Of a stretch of 64,000 nt of DNA, positions 11,859 to 23,650 are shown one piece after another (the first letter of the stretch is position 1; every line of letters starts with the position of its first letter). Both the position numbers and the translations under genes were made by a program. This DNA is from Squalus acanthias (Eukaryota), in assembly GCA_030390025.1 (NCBI GenBank), contig CM059425.1:215636001-215700000 (forward strand). The letters are read 5' to 3'. Below the pieces are notes generated by a model that saw nothing but the letters and a program-made list of their open reading frames with translations, did no database searches and was not told the DNA's origin.

Positions 11859-13054
11859 AATATCTTTATTGGTCTAAGCTATGGACAGTGATGTGCAGGC
11901 GTGTGTGCATTACTGTACATATATTAGAGCAATAAAGGTATTAAGTTTTAGTTATGTTACAATTTCCATACTGTTTCAGTAAAAGCCATAGCATACAACT
12001 CACACACTGCAAGTCTTAGGATGCTAGTTTTTTTTTTTATTTGCTTGTTCTGTTTTTAATAAAACAAGCTTGTAAAAGTATTTTGCAACACAGCTTTGAA
12101 TTTAGAGAGAGGAGTTTAACCTTTGCTGGAATCTAGGGCCATTTAATGCCAAACATCAGGGAAAAAACCCACATCCTTGTTCCTTCTCATTTTTGTAAGT
12201 TAGTGAGCTTGGAAAAAAAATCTTGCCTGAATACTGTAAATTTACATACTAATGATTTGAAAGGTGAGAAAACAAAAAAAGTCATTTTAGAAAATATATA
12301 TAAAAATAGTGAGAGCTTATTAATACATACTTAAATAGAAGATAGCTTAAAAACAAAACAAAAATAACACCCATAAAAAAAATAACAGATCTGTTCTGAA
12401 AGCTTCTCTCCACATGCAATGCTACCTGTTTCAGTAGTCTGCTCCAATGTTTTTAATGTAAATTTAAGATCGTGGTTGCTTCACCTGTAGGTGGTGCTAT
12501 CATCCATTTCCAGTGCCCACAGTGAAAAGAAATAGACGGCTGGGATGCACATTAGACACAGTTCCCATTGTGCCGTGTGCGTGGTCTTAGTTTTGGAAGC
12601 AGTATAGCACCATTTCTATAAGACTGGTTATGAAAACTCAGCATTTTTTTTGATTTTCAAGTTTGAGGAAAGAACATTATCAGATCAGTTAAAGAGAAGC
12701 AAGGATTCTATAAAGCATATAAGTCGTGAATTCCCTTTTCTTTTTCAGGAGTAGTTTGTAATGTGGCCATGGGTGGATTAGCAGTACTTTGATTCCCTTG
12801 CTATTTCACTTGTATGACAGCGTTTACACAGGTTATGGGTTTCACTTTGCTCCTCTCTCAGGTGCTGGCTTTATGTGCAAAGAGAAACTAGAGGTGAATG
12901 AACACTGTGCTTCTCTCAACTGTGAGAGGTAGAGATGTAGAGTCTGAATTCACCAGAATAACCTCATTCAGTATCAAAAGGTTTAAAAATTGGTTTAAAA
13001 CAAAACAAAGAAGAATGTGAGGAGTTGCCTCCTTGTAGTTTGTTCCCTCTGTTC

Positions 13055-13191
13055 TCAACCCTCTGTGTAAATGGAAGACAGCTGGCTAGGGCATCGATCA
13101 ATTGCATTAATCTGGAGGAAACCACTGTCCTCAGGACAATTCCGTACAGAGTCACCAAAAATCCCAGGGGAAGTTGCTTGAAAGTCATAAG
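13055..13191 (-). CDS. GLIS3: GLIS family zinc finger 3, last coding exon (phase 1): AYDFQATSPGIFGDSVRNCPEDSGFLQINAIDRCPSQLSSIYTEG*
   Basis: Acceptor TTTTTTTAATTTGCAG|CT; 137 nt = 2 nt + 45 codons; matches the recalled mammalian GLIS3 C-terminus (...EDATFLQISTVDRCPSQLSSVYTEG); this frame is absent from the supplied ORF track. Confidence 0.93.
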
Positions 13192-13609
13192 CTGCAAATT
13201 AAAAAAAATATACATATATTAATGCAATGCATAGAATAAGAACAGACTAACTCCAAACTTCAGGTATCTGGGGGCCAAAGATCCTCAGCTCCAAGTGGAT
13301 CTCCAGGGTAATTGTTATGTAGGGGGCCCAGTGAAGTCCAAAATGTAGGCGGACCCCGAAACACCGGATCTCCACCCCGGAGCCTTCTAATTTGTGCATG
13401 GTTCCCACGGTGGGGCCAAGGGGAGGAAATTCCAATGCTGGGATTTGGTCCCAGCTTCTCTATTAACCAATGACCTGCCTGCTGTGATGAACTCAACATA
13501 GAGATCGCATTAGTGGCACAAGTGGGGCCCAGTTTCAAATTTGTACGATTTTCAGGCTTCGAGTAATATCAACCCCCTTAGAAACTAGAAAATTTCATTC
13601 ACTTTGCTT

Positions 13610-14563
13610 CCAATTTCCACTCTTCCCTCACCTTCACATGGTCCATCTCCGACTCTTCCCTTCCCTTCCTCGACTTCTTTGTCTCCATCTCTGGGGATAG
13701 GCTATTGACAAACATTCACTACAAGCCCACTGATTCCCACAGCTACCTGGACTACACTTCCTCCCACCCCGCCTCCTGTAAGGACTCTATTCCATTCTCC
13801 CAGTTTCTCCGTATCCGCCGCATCTGTTCTGACGATGCCACCTTCCATACTAGTGCTTCCGACATGTCTTCCTTTTTCCTCAACCGAGGATTCCCCTCTA
13901 CTGTGGTTGACATGGCCCTTGACCGTGTCCATTCTATTTCCCGCACTTCTGCTCTCACCCCTTCCCCTCCCTCCCGGAACCACGATAGGGTTCCCCTTGT
14001 CCTCACCTTTCACCCCAGCAGCCTCCACATTCAACGGATCATCCTCCGCCATTTCCGCCACCTCCAACGTGATCCCACCACCAAACACATCTTCCCCTCC
14101 CCTCCCCTTTCAGCATTCCGAAGAGACCGCTTCCGCCGCGACACCCTGGTCCACTCCTCTTTCACCCCCAACACCCCTTCCCCCGGCACCTTCCCGTGCA
14201 AGCGCAGGAGATGCAACACCTGCCCTTTTACCTCCTCCCTTCCCACTGTCCAGGGCCCCAAACACTCCTTCCAGGTGAAACAGCGATTTACTTGTACTTC
14301 TTGCAATTTAATATACTTTGGCCTTGCACCATCATCTCTTTTGTCTCTTAATTTCTCCTACCTTCCATCTTATCACAGACCTTCCCTTTTGTTTTTTCCT
14401 CCCCTCCCCCCTTTCCCTGCCCCTACACTTGCTTAAAAACCTGTTACATCTCCAGCTTTTTCCAGTTCTGACGAAGGGTCATCGACCTGAAACGTTAACT
14501 CTGTTTCTCTCTCCACAGATGCTGCCTGACCTGCTGAGTATTTCCAGCATTTTCTGTTTTTAT
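13610..14563 (+). mobile_element. Penelope-like element with the GIY-YIG region deleted
   Basis: ORF 13705-14436: HYKPTDSHSYLDYTSSHPASCKDSIPFSQFLRIRRICS...CNTCP, then a jump from CTSCNL directly into pLTR sequence; near-identical to 2998-4746. Confidence 0.9.
14464..14500 (+). ncRNA. Minimal type I hammerhead ribozyme motif
   Basis: AGTT-CTGACGA-A-GGGTC-ATC-GACCT-GAAA-CG-TT^AACT: helix I AGTT/AACT, helix II GGGTC/GACCT, palindromic mini helix III. Confidence 0.75.
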
Positions 14564-15029
14564 GGCAGCTTCTAGTGCTGCATTCAAAAGATGTTCTTAG
14601 CAGGTGGTGCCTGCAGCCAAACGATTGGCTTGCCAGTGAAGCTGTTCCCGCTTCCCTCCTCTGGCGGGTGCTCAAACTGTACTCATAGTGGTGCGGGCAC
14701 CCGCTCAACACATGTACATATGTGATCCTGCCCTGACCGTGGATATCCTGGCGAGATCAGGAGCTGAGGTCACTGCGCTTACTCTGCTGCGCTTCTGCCG
14801 TCTGAGCGGGGTTGCGGATTTTTGTCCCCATATGTTTAATGGATACCTGTGCTGTACTGAGCAGTCAAATCCTTTCAAAGTTTTAAATACAAGTATCTGC
14901 ACTTTTGTTTGGTGTGTATAAATGTTCTACAAGTTCCAAGCAGAATATTTTAAAACAGGAAGACACAGAACTGTGAAACAATTCTTAATTCCTAACCAGC
15001 ACTGTGGTGATGAAAAGAAGACTAAAGAA

Positions 15030-15156
15030 ACTATAAATGCTGGAAATCTGAAATAGAAACACAAAATGCTGGAAATATATAGCAGGTCAGCCAGCATCTG
15101 AAAAGCAAAAAGACGACTTACGTTTAGGGTGTAGGTCCTTTGTCAGAAGTGGAAAA
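15030..15156 (-). mobile_element. Decayed Penelope pLTR fragment
   Basis: ATGCTGGAAATCTGAAATA...AATGCTGGAAAT...CAGCATCTG, similar to 3005-3140. Confidence 0.65.
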
Positions 15157-15310
15157 TAGATTTTAAGCATGCTCCTTTAAAGGACTGAACAAAATGAAGG
15201 GGCCAGAGAGAAACAACAGTTAAAAGTCAAAAGTCAAGAATGCTGGCTCCCAATACAAAGCAGCAGTTAATGGGTTTTAATAGAATGCAAACAGTTTTTT
15301 TGCTTATTAT

Positions 15311-15820
15311 TACATAGAGTATACAGCACAGAAACAGACCATTCGGCCCAACCAGTCTGTGCTGATGTTTATACTCCACACGAGTCTCCTCCCATTCCAT
15401 CTACCTCATCAGCCTTTCAGCATATCTTTCTATTCCCTTTTCTCTCATGTACTCGTCTAATTTCCTTTTGAAAGCATCTACGCTATTTGCCTCAACCACT
15501 TTCTGTGGTAGCGAGTTCCACATTCTCTGAGTAAAGAAATTTCTCCTTATTTCCCGATTGGATTTATTAGTAACTATCTTGTATTTATGGCCCCTAGTTT
15601 TTGATTCTCCCACAAGTGGAAACATTCTCTCCACATCTACCCTGTCTAAACTATCCACAATTTTAAAGACCTCTATCAGGTCACCTCTAAGTCTTCTCTT
15701 TTCTAAAGAAAAAAGCCCCAACCTGTTCAATCTTTCCCAATAACTGTAATCTCTCAGTTCTGGTACCATCCTTGTAAATCTTTTTTGCACTTTCTCCAGT
15801 GTTTCTATGTCATTTTTATA
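15311..15820 (-). mobile_element. CR1 LINE 3' fragment
   Basis: ORF 15401-15790: QKRFTRMVPEL, LFSLEKRRLRGDLIEVFKI, KTRGHKYKI. Confidence 0.9.
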
Positions 15821-15852
15821 CTATGGTGTCTTCACATGGCTTATACTTTTGA

Positions 15853-16160
15853 GGCAACACGGTGGCATAGTGGTTAGCACTGTTGCCTCACAGCGCCAGG
15901 GACCTGGGTTCGAATCTGGCCTCGGGTGACTGTCTGTGTGGAGTTTGCATATTCTCCCCGTGTCTGCGTGGGTTTCCTCCGGGTGCTCCGGTTTCCTCCC
16001 ACAGTCCAAAGATGTGCAGGTTAGGTTGATTTGGCTATAATAAATTGACCCTTAGTGTTAGGGGGATTAAATATGTGGGGTTATGGGGTTATGGGGATAG
16101 GGTGGGATATGTGTCGGTGCAGGCCTCTATCTGCATTGTGGGGATTCTGTGATTCTGTGA
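15853..16160 (+). mobile_element. HE1/V-SINE-type SINE variant with a different short tail
   Basis: Same tRNA head and V-domain; tail ...CTGCATTGTGGGGATTCTGTGATTCTGTGA. Confidence 0.85.
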
Positions 16161-17246
16161 TACTGGCATGGATTGAAAATTGTTTAACAGAGAGTAGGAA
16201 TAAATGGGTCTTTTTCAGGGTGGCAGGCAGTGACTAGTGGGGTACTGCAGGGATCAGTGCTTGGGCCCCAGCTATTCACAATATATATCAATGATTTGGA
16301 TGAGGGAACCAAATGTAATATTTCCAAGTTTGCTGATGACACAAAACTAGGTGGGGTTGTGAGGAGGATGCAAAGAGGCTTCAAGGCGATTTGGACAAGT
16401 TGAGTGAGTGGGCAAATACATGGCAGATGCAGGATAACGTGGATAAATGTGAAGTTATCCACTTCGGTAGGAAAAATAGAATGGTGGAGTATTATTTAAA
16501 TGGTGATAGATTGGGAAATGCTGATATACAAAGGGAGTCCTTGTACACCAGTCACTGAAAGCAAACATGCAGGTGCAGCAAGCAGTTAGGAAGGCAAATG
16601 GTATGTTGGCCTTCATTGCAAGAGGATTTGAGTACAGGAGCAAGGATGACTTATTACAGTTGTACAGGGCCTTGGTGAGACCACACCTGGAGTACTGTGT
16701 GCAGTTTTGGTCTCCTTACCTAAGAAAGGATATACTTGCCATAGAGGGAGTGCAGCGAAGGTTCACGAGACTGATTCCTGGGATGGCAGGACTGTTGTAT
16801 GAGGAGAGATTGGGTCGACTAGGCCTGTATTCACTAGAGTTTAGAAGAATGAGACGGGATCTCATTGAAACGTATAAAATTCTGACAGGGCTAGACAGAC
16901 TGGATGCAGGGAGGATGTTTCCCCTGGCTGGGGGGTCTAGAACGAGGGGTCACAGTCTCAGGATACGGGGTAGGACATTTAGGACTGAGATGAGGAGAAA
17001 TTTCTTCATCAGAGGGTGATGAACCTGTGGAATTCTCTACCACATAAGGCTGTGGAGGCCAAGTCACTGAATATATTTAAGAAGGAGATAGATAGATTTC
17101 TAGACACAAAAGGCATCAAGGGGTATGGGGAGAGAGCAGGAATATGGTATTGAGATAGAGGAACAGCCATAATCATATTGAATGGCGGAGCAGGCTTGAA
17201 GGGCCGAATAGCCTACTCCTGCTCCTATTTTTCTATGTTTCTATGT
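16161..17246 (+). mobile_element. CR1 LINE RT/3' fragment
   Basis: [11 protein letters not shown] and SKFADDTKL; ORF 16567-17019 with LVRPHLEYCVQFWSP; TTCTATGT tail. Confidence 0.92.
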
Positions 17247-18057
17247 TTGCTCAAGTAGTCCGGAACCTGCAGTACAGTTCCTGATCTTTACCATATTCCC
17301 ATTGGAGCCTAAACGTGACCGCAATCACTGATCGCTGTAATATGGAAAGTGTACTGAAGCAATATATCACATGACTGCCACATGGACTTGTGTCCACTAC
17401 TGGCACAGAGCCTTCAGCCAGCTCTCTGGAACTCCCTCGCTCAGTCTCTCTGCTTCTCCACCTTCCTCTCCTCCTTTAAGACACTTCTTCGAACCTACTT
17501 CTTTGATCAACCTTTTGGTCACCCATTGTAATCTTTCCTTCTTTGGCTTGGCATCCATTTTCCATGCGTTTGTTTGTGTATTACCAAGGGACAAGTTTTG
17601 CTTTAAATGTGTTGTGGTTCTGACAGCCTCTCATTGTTACCCTATGACTGATCTGAATGGCTCCTATTGACAACCTCCAATTCCAGTGAAAAAAGCTGAA
17701 CTTTCTTGTGAAACACTGACAATCTGACACTTGGGTTGACTGTCAGCTGTTGATTGACATGTATGCTGAAGCTGTCTTTGGTGTAGCATTACACTAGGGG
17801 CAGTCCCACTATCGGATCTCCAGTGACCAGTACCTTGAACAATAATCTTCGCCGTCATCCACTGACTGACTCTGGCTCCAATGCCCAAGCTCAACATCAA
17901 AATACATGATAACACCCACCCATCTGATCCCTGCACAAATAGTAGCCAATTTTTATTTAATGGCTTTAAATTTAGGTATAAATGTATATTCCTATGGTGC
18001 AGGAGTGAAAACTCCAACTTCCATCATGCATCTGGTCCTTTTTTCTTCGAGAGGGTA

Positions 18058-19312
18058 GGGAAAGGTAAACTATCCCTCCTCGTCCTTCTCGACCTGTCTG
18101 CAGCCTTTGACATGGTTGACCACTCCATCCTCCTCCAACACCTCTCCACCATCATCCAGCTGGGTGGGCCTGCACTCGCCTTTCTTACCCATCTAATCGT
18201 AGCCAGAAAATCACCTGCAATGGCTTCTCTTCCCACTCCAGCATCGTTACCTCTGGGGTCCTCCAAAGATCTATCCTCGGCCCCCTCCTATTTCTCATCT
18301 ATATGCTGTCCCTTGGCGACATCATCCGAAAACACAGCATCAGTTTCCACATGTATGCTGATGACACCCAGCTCTACCTCAGCACCACTTCTCTCGACCC
18401 CTCCACGGTCTCTAAATTGACACACTGCTTGTCTAACATCTAGTACTGGATGAGCAGAAATTTTCTCCAATTAAATATTGGGAAGAACAAAGCCATTGTC
18501 TTCGGGCCCCGCCACAAACTCCGTCCCCTAGCCCCCGACTCCATCCTTCTCCCTAGCATCTGTCTGAGGCTGAACCAGACTGTTCGCAACCTTGGTGTCA
18601 TATTTGACCCTGAAATGAGCTGCTGACCACATATCCATGACATAAATAAGACCGCCTATTTCCACCTCCATAATATCACCCGTCTCCGCCTCTGCCTCAG
18701 CTCATCCGCTGCTGAAATCCTCATTCATGTCTTTGTTACCTCTAGACTTGACTATTCCAATGCACTCCTGGCTGGCCTCCCACATTCTACCCTACGTAAA
18801 CTTGAGGTCATCCAAAACTGACTGCCCGTGTCCTAACTCGCACCAAGTCCCGTTCACCCATCACCCCTGTGCTCGCTGACCTACATTGGCTCCCGGTTAA
18901 GCAACGCCTTGATTTCAAAATTCTCACTCTTGTTTTTAGATCCTTCCATGGCCTCACCCCTCCCTCTCTCTGTAATCTCCTTCAACCCCACAACCCCCCG
19001 AGATATCTGCGCTCCTCAAATTCTGCCCTCTTGAGCAGCCCTGATTATAATCGCTCAAACATCAGTGATCGTGCCTTCAGCTGCTTAGAACCTAAGCTCT
19101 GGAACTCCCTCCCTAAACCTCTCCACCTCTCTACCTCTCTTTCCTCCTTTAAGACGCTCCTTAAAACCTACCTCTTTGACCAAGCTTTTGGTCATTTGCC
19201 CTAATTTCTTATGTGGCTCGGTGTCAATTTTTTTGTCTTATAATACTCCTGTGAAGCACCTTGGGACGTTTTACCACGTTAAAGATGCTATATAAATACA
19301 GGTTGTTGTTGT
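18058..19312 (+). mobile_element. L2 LINE RT and 3' end
   Basis: LLDLSAAFDMVDH, HMYADDTQLY, LADLHWLPV and FKTLLKTYLF; ends GCTATATAAATACAGGTTGTTGTTG. Confidence 0.9.
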
Positions 19313-19319
19313 TGGGTGC

Positions 19320-20075
19320 AGAGAAGCTGGGATTGTTGTCCTTCGAGCAGAGAAGGTTAAGGGGAGATTTAATAGAGGTGTTCAAATTTATGAAGGGTTT
19401 TGATAAAGTAGATAGGGAGAAACTGTTTCCACTGGCAGGAGGATCGATAACCAGAGGACATAGATTTATTATAATTGGCAAAAGAACCAGGGGGAGATGA
19501 GGAGAATTTTTTTTTGCGCAGCGAGTTGTTGTAACTCATCTTTTGGATGAGACGTTAAACCGAGGCACTGTCTGCTCTCTCAGGTGGATGTAAAAGATCC
19601 CAAGGCACTACTTTGAAGAAGAACAGGGGAATTATACCCAGTGTCCTGGCCAATATTTATCTCTCAATCAAAATCACAAACAGATTATCTGGTCATTATC
19701 ACATTGTTGTTTGTGGGAGCTTGCTGTGCACAAATTGGCTGCCGCATTTCCTACATTACAACAGGGACTACACTTCAAAAAGTACTTCAGTGGCTGTAAA
19801 GCGTTTTGGGACGCCCAGTGGTCGTGAAAGGCACTATATAAATGCAAGTCTTTCTTTACTTTTTAATCTGGAATGCACTGTCTGAAAGGGTGGTGGAAGC
19901 AGATTCAATAGTAACTTTTAAAAGAAAATTGGACATATACTTGAAAATGAAAATTTTGCAGGGCTATGGGGAAAGAGCAGGACAGTGGGACTAATTGGAT
20001 AGCTTTTTCAAAGAGCCGGCACAGGCATGATGGGCTGAATGGCCTCCTTCTGTGCTGTATGATTCTATGATTCTC
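19320..20075 (+). mobile_element. CR1 3' fragment interrupted by a DeuSINE-like SINE
   Basis: EKLGLLSFEQRRLRGDLIEVFK; resumes at about 19866 (ATCTGGAATGCACTG); ends GATTCTATGATTCT. Confidence 0.85.
19540..19858 (+). mobile_element. DeuSINE-like (SacSINE1/AmnSINE-related) SINE fragment
   Basis: Deu-domain-like GGATGAGACGTTAAACCGAGG...CTCTCAGGTGGATGTAAAAGATCCC...GGCCAATATTTAT with an L2-like tail. Confidence 0.75.
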
Positions 20076-20899
20076 ACACACATACACAAACATATCAAAG
20101 AATTTGTCAACAGGAGCTATCACTCCCTTGCCTTTTTCGAATTGTTTGCCATGTGTCGTGGATTATGGTGATGCACTCTGGGTGTTATAGCTCTACAACA
20201 GGGTGAAAACTATAACTCCCAAGGTGCATTTCTCTCCCCTATACATAGAATTTGACCATAGCAAGTGGAAATCCACAGCACCCAAGGCTCAGGAACTTGT
20301 CTCCAAGCAGAAGGGTAGGCATTTCTTAAATTAAGTAACCGACTTTATGGATAACGTTAATGATTTTTTCCAGTTTTAGTCTGCATGTAACCATTATATC
20401 TATACCTGGCAATGAAGTGCTTTCTTGTACCACTGACTGCCTGAAAATAGATTCTTTTTCCATTTTCCAGCACAAAAAACGTTTTTTCTAAAAATAAATC
20501 GATTTTTAATGATATAGGGTTGCTGCAGGTTCACCACAACTACTGCCAGCCAGTAGTAATCTAAACCATCAAACTATTTCCGTCACTATTTTTAATATAA
20601 AAAAGCAAGAATTCTGTAGGACATTATTATATTTTCCCTACAGGACCGATAAAATATTTATAGATTTTGGAACACATCCTAAAGAATTGTATAAAACTAT
20701 ATATGTTCCCATTATTTTTACAGTGTGTACTAGGGTCCATTCAAATCCGATAGGCAAGATGATAAATTCTGCAGGATTTCTCCCAAGCGTCCTAGCACAG
20801 AGTCTCCAGTGGTCAGTGAAACTTTTATAATCATGTTAACGTTCAGGCTTTTGTACTTTCTTCTATAATCATCTACAAGGACAGTTAACTCTAGATACA

Positions 20900-21573
20900 A
20901 CAGGAGATGCAACACCTGCCCTTTTACCTCCTCCCTTCCCACTGTCCAGGGCCCCAAACATCCCTTCTAGGTGAAACAGCGATTTACTTGTACTTCTTGC
21001 AATTTAGTATACTGTATTCGCTGCTCACGATGCAGTCTCCTCTACATTGGGGAGACCAAACGCAGATTGGACGACCGCTTTGCGGAACACCTCCGTTCAG
21101 TCCGTAAGGGGGACCCTGAGTTTCCAGGCGCCTGTCACTTTAATTCTCCGCTTCGCTCCCACTCTGACCTCTCTGTCCTCGGCCTCTTACACTGTTCCAA
21201 TGAAGCTCAACGTAAGCTCAAAGAACAGCACCTAATCTTTCGATTAGGCACTTTACAGCCTTCTGGACTCAACATTGAGTTCAACAATTTCAGACTATAA
21301 CCCCTGCCCCCATTTTTCAGGCTGTATGATTTTGCCATCCCCATTTGCAACATTTTATCTTTCCTGCCTCCTACCTTACCACAGAACGTTCCTTCAATTC
21401 CTTCCTCCCCTCCCACCCTGCACCCCCCCTCCCTGCCTCTGCACCTGCTTAAAATCTGTTACATCTCCAGCTTTTTCCAGTTCTGATGAAGGGTCCCAGA
21501 CCTGAAACGTTAACTCTGTTTCTCTCTCCATGGATGCTGCCTGGCCTGCTGAGTGTTTCCAGCATTTTCTGTT
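20900..21573 (+). mobile_element. 5'-truncated Penelope-like element (GIY-YIG plus pLTR) with a 16-bp TSD
   Basis: ORF 20971-21300: NLVYCIRCSRCSLLYIGETKRRLDDRFAEH...GTLQPSGLN; TSD GTTAACTCTAGATACA at 20884-20899 and 21574-21589. Confidence 0.92.
21479..21515 (+). ncRNA. Minimal type I hammerhead ribozyme motif
   Basis: AGTT-CTGATGA-A-GGGTC-CCA-GACCT-GAAA-CG-TT^AACT; differs from the 14464 copy only at N7 and in loop II. Confidence 0.75.
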
Positions 21574-23650
21574 GTTAACTCTAGATACATGTTTGTGTAA
21601 TACAAAAATAGAATGCCAGGGTGGATCAGTGCTCCAAGACTCTGTGCAAGGTATAGTTCATACCCATGATTCTCAGTATGCTAATTTCCTAAATCAGGTC
21701 GAACCACAAGGGTCAGGTGTCAAGCAAGGGGGTCAGGTGCCATGCAAAAATCAGTGGCTGATTTAACCTGAGCTGCTTTTATTCATCCCCAGCAGCTGGC
21801 TCTAGAGAGCCACAGTCAGCGACTTGGGAACCAGTCAGCTGTAAAACATATCAGAAATGTGGGAGGGAATAGAGACAGTTCCAATGTACCCAATTCCTTC
21901 CAATTTACTGTTATTAAATAGCATTTGTTCTTTCGACATTTATTTTAGTTTGTCTTTTTTGTCTCTCTCTCTTCGAGTCTCCTCAAGTTATGTTTCTTCC
22001 TCAGCTGAGAGAGTGAGCTAAAGATCGTCTTCCAGGACTCCACGACCCCATAGCCAGCTGTTAGCTGTACAGGATCGATCCAGAGTGACTCAGATTTCCC
22101 TTCGCTTTCCTGTGGGAAATGGGAGGCTTCTAACTGGTGATTGGCCATGATGGCAACTGTGACAAATATGAAGCAGTTCTGTCTTGTTTTGGGTCTGATT
22201 GCTTTCCATTTAAAACCAGGCACAAAACACGAGACTTTAAAAAGCCACCTGTGCAGCCTCAACCTACTTTGTTACACATGTTGCAAAGTTTGTTGTTGTA
22301 GTCTCCTAGGTAGCAGGCTTGCCTAACACATGATTTTCAAATATATACTGACTTTGTAATTGATTCAGTTAGGAATAGACGGCGTGTTTTTTTTAATGCA
22401 ACTGGGAGTTATGAATTTATAACACTTCTTGGCAACAGATCAAGAGTTATACATAACAGTAGCGTATAGAGATTCCAGTTAACATTTAGATTCACATCCT
22501 TTTTGTTACTTTCCCTTTTGAGAAGATAGATGATAGAATTTCTACTGTTGTTTATTTATATGTAGTTGTTGCATATTTGCTTGTTCATTGCTCAATTAAT
22601 ACATTTTCTTCATCATTTAAAACCAGAGCAAGGTCCGATGTGATGTTCTATCATTTAAAAAATAACTGGAGATAGATCTCGTGGAGGCATAGCAATAATT
22701 CTAGTAGCTTAAATATAAATGACAGGCCTGCGTGTTCGGTTTGTTGTCCCGGACGTGCTATTGAATGTATACCAAGAAAATAAATTTGCTGAAGTCTGTG
22801 GATTTGGGACTCACCTAGGAGAGTGATCTAAGATACGAGAGCCCAAAAATCTCGTACAAAGAAGGGTAGAAAAGAACAACAACAGCAACAACTTGCATTA
22901 TATAGCAACTTTAACATAGAAAGAAATGTTCCATGGCAATTCACAGAGGCGCAAGAATAAAACGGATGCCAGGTCAAATAAAGAGATAATAGCTTGATCA
23001 AAGAGATGGATTTTAAGAAGGGTCTTAAAGGAGAAAAGGGATGTGAAGAGGACTTTACGGTGGGAATTCCAGGGTGTCAGGCCTAGACAGCTGAAGGCAT
23101 GGCCGCCAAGCGTGGGGTGAAGGGAAGGGGATGCACAAGTGGTCAGAGTCAGAGGAACAGTGGCCACGAAATTCGGTACCGTAGCACCGGTAGTTAAGGC
23201 CGGTTTTGAAAAAAAAAGGGCTTCTGCCTCACTTCCGCCCACTTCCTGTGCGGCCCGCACTGTTCGGCATCTTGATGAGGGTGATAGCGCAGGCGTGACG
23301 TGCGTGCGCCGGCTGTATGCAGAGTAGGCAGATCGTCAGTCAGCGTGTAATGCTGATTTGACGCACGACCTGCCATTTTGGACGTCACCACTCCATTCAA
23401 CGCCCTCTCCTAAACATGCACAGCTGCACTAGAGACACCCCCCCCCACCACCAGCGCTATTTAAAGGGAAACCTGCAACTTGCAACTAAGTTGATTATTT
23501 CTCTTGTACTGGCTCTTGCAGAGTTTGTATGAATACTGGATTGCTGGAAGAGATTAAAAAAATTGTTAAAGTGTGCAGGGAGTGCTGCTGGATGTGGGAA
23601 GCCATTGGCTGCTACTGGAAGACCTCTGAGTACACCACTTGCTCCCAGTC

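Larger units (their letters stand above)
8015..13054 (-). other. GLIS3: Putative GLIS3 3' UTR (about 5 kb)
   Basis: Follows the GLIS3 stop codon; AT-rich and nearly TE-free, unlike the flanks; ends at an AATAAA with U-rich downstream sequence. The 3' end is inferred. Confidence 0.6.
13271..14829. mobile_element. Older Harbinger-type MITE interrupted by a Penelope element
   Basis: Imperfect 22-bp TIRs GGGGCCAAAGATCCTCAGCTCC / GGGGACAAAAATCCGCAACCCC (reverse complement of the right end); no clean TSD. Confidence 0.5.

Noticed and set aside
12964-13215. ORF-track peptide MYIFFNLQL... (and the + strand ORF 13025-13222)
   Set aside because: Wrong-frame or antisense shadows of the real GLIS3 last exon
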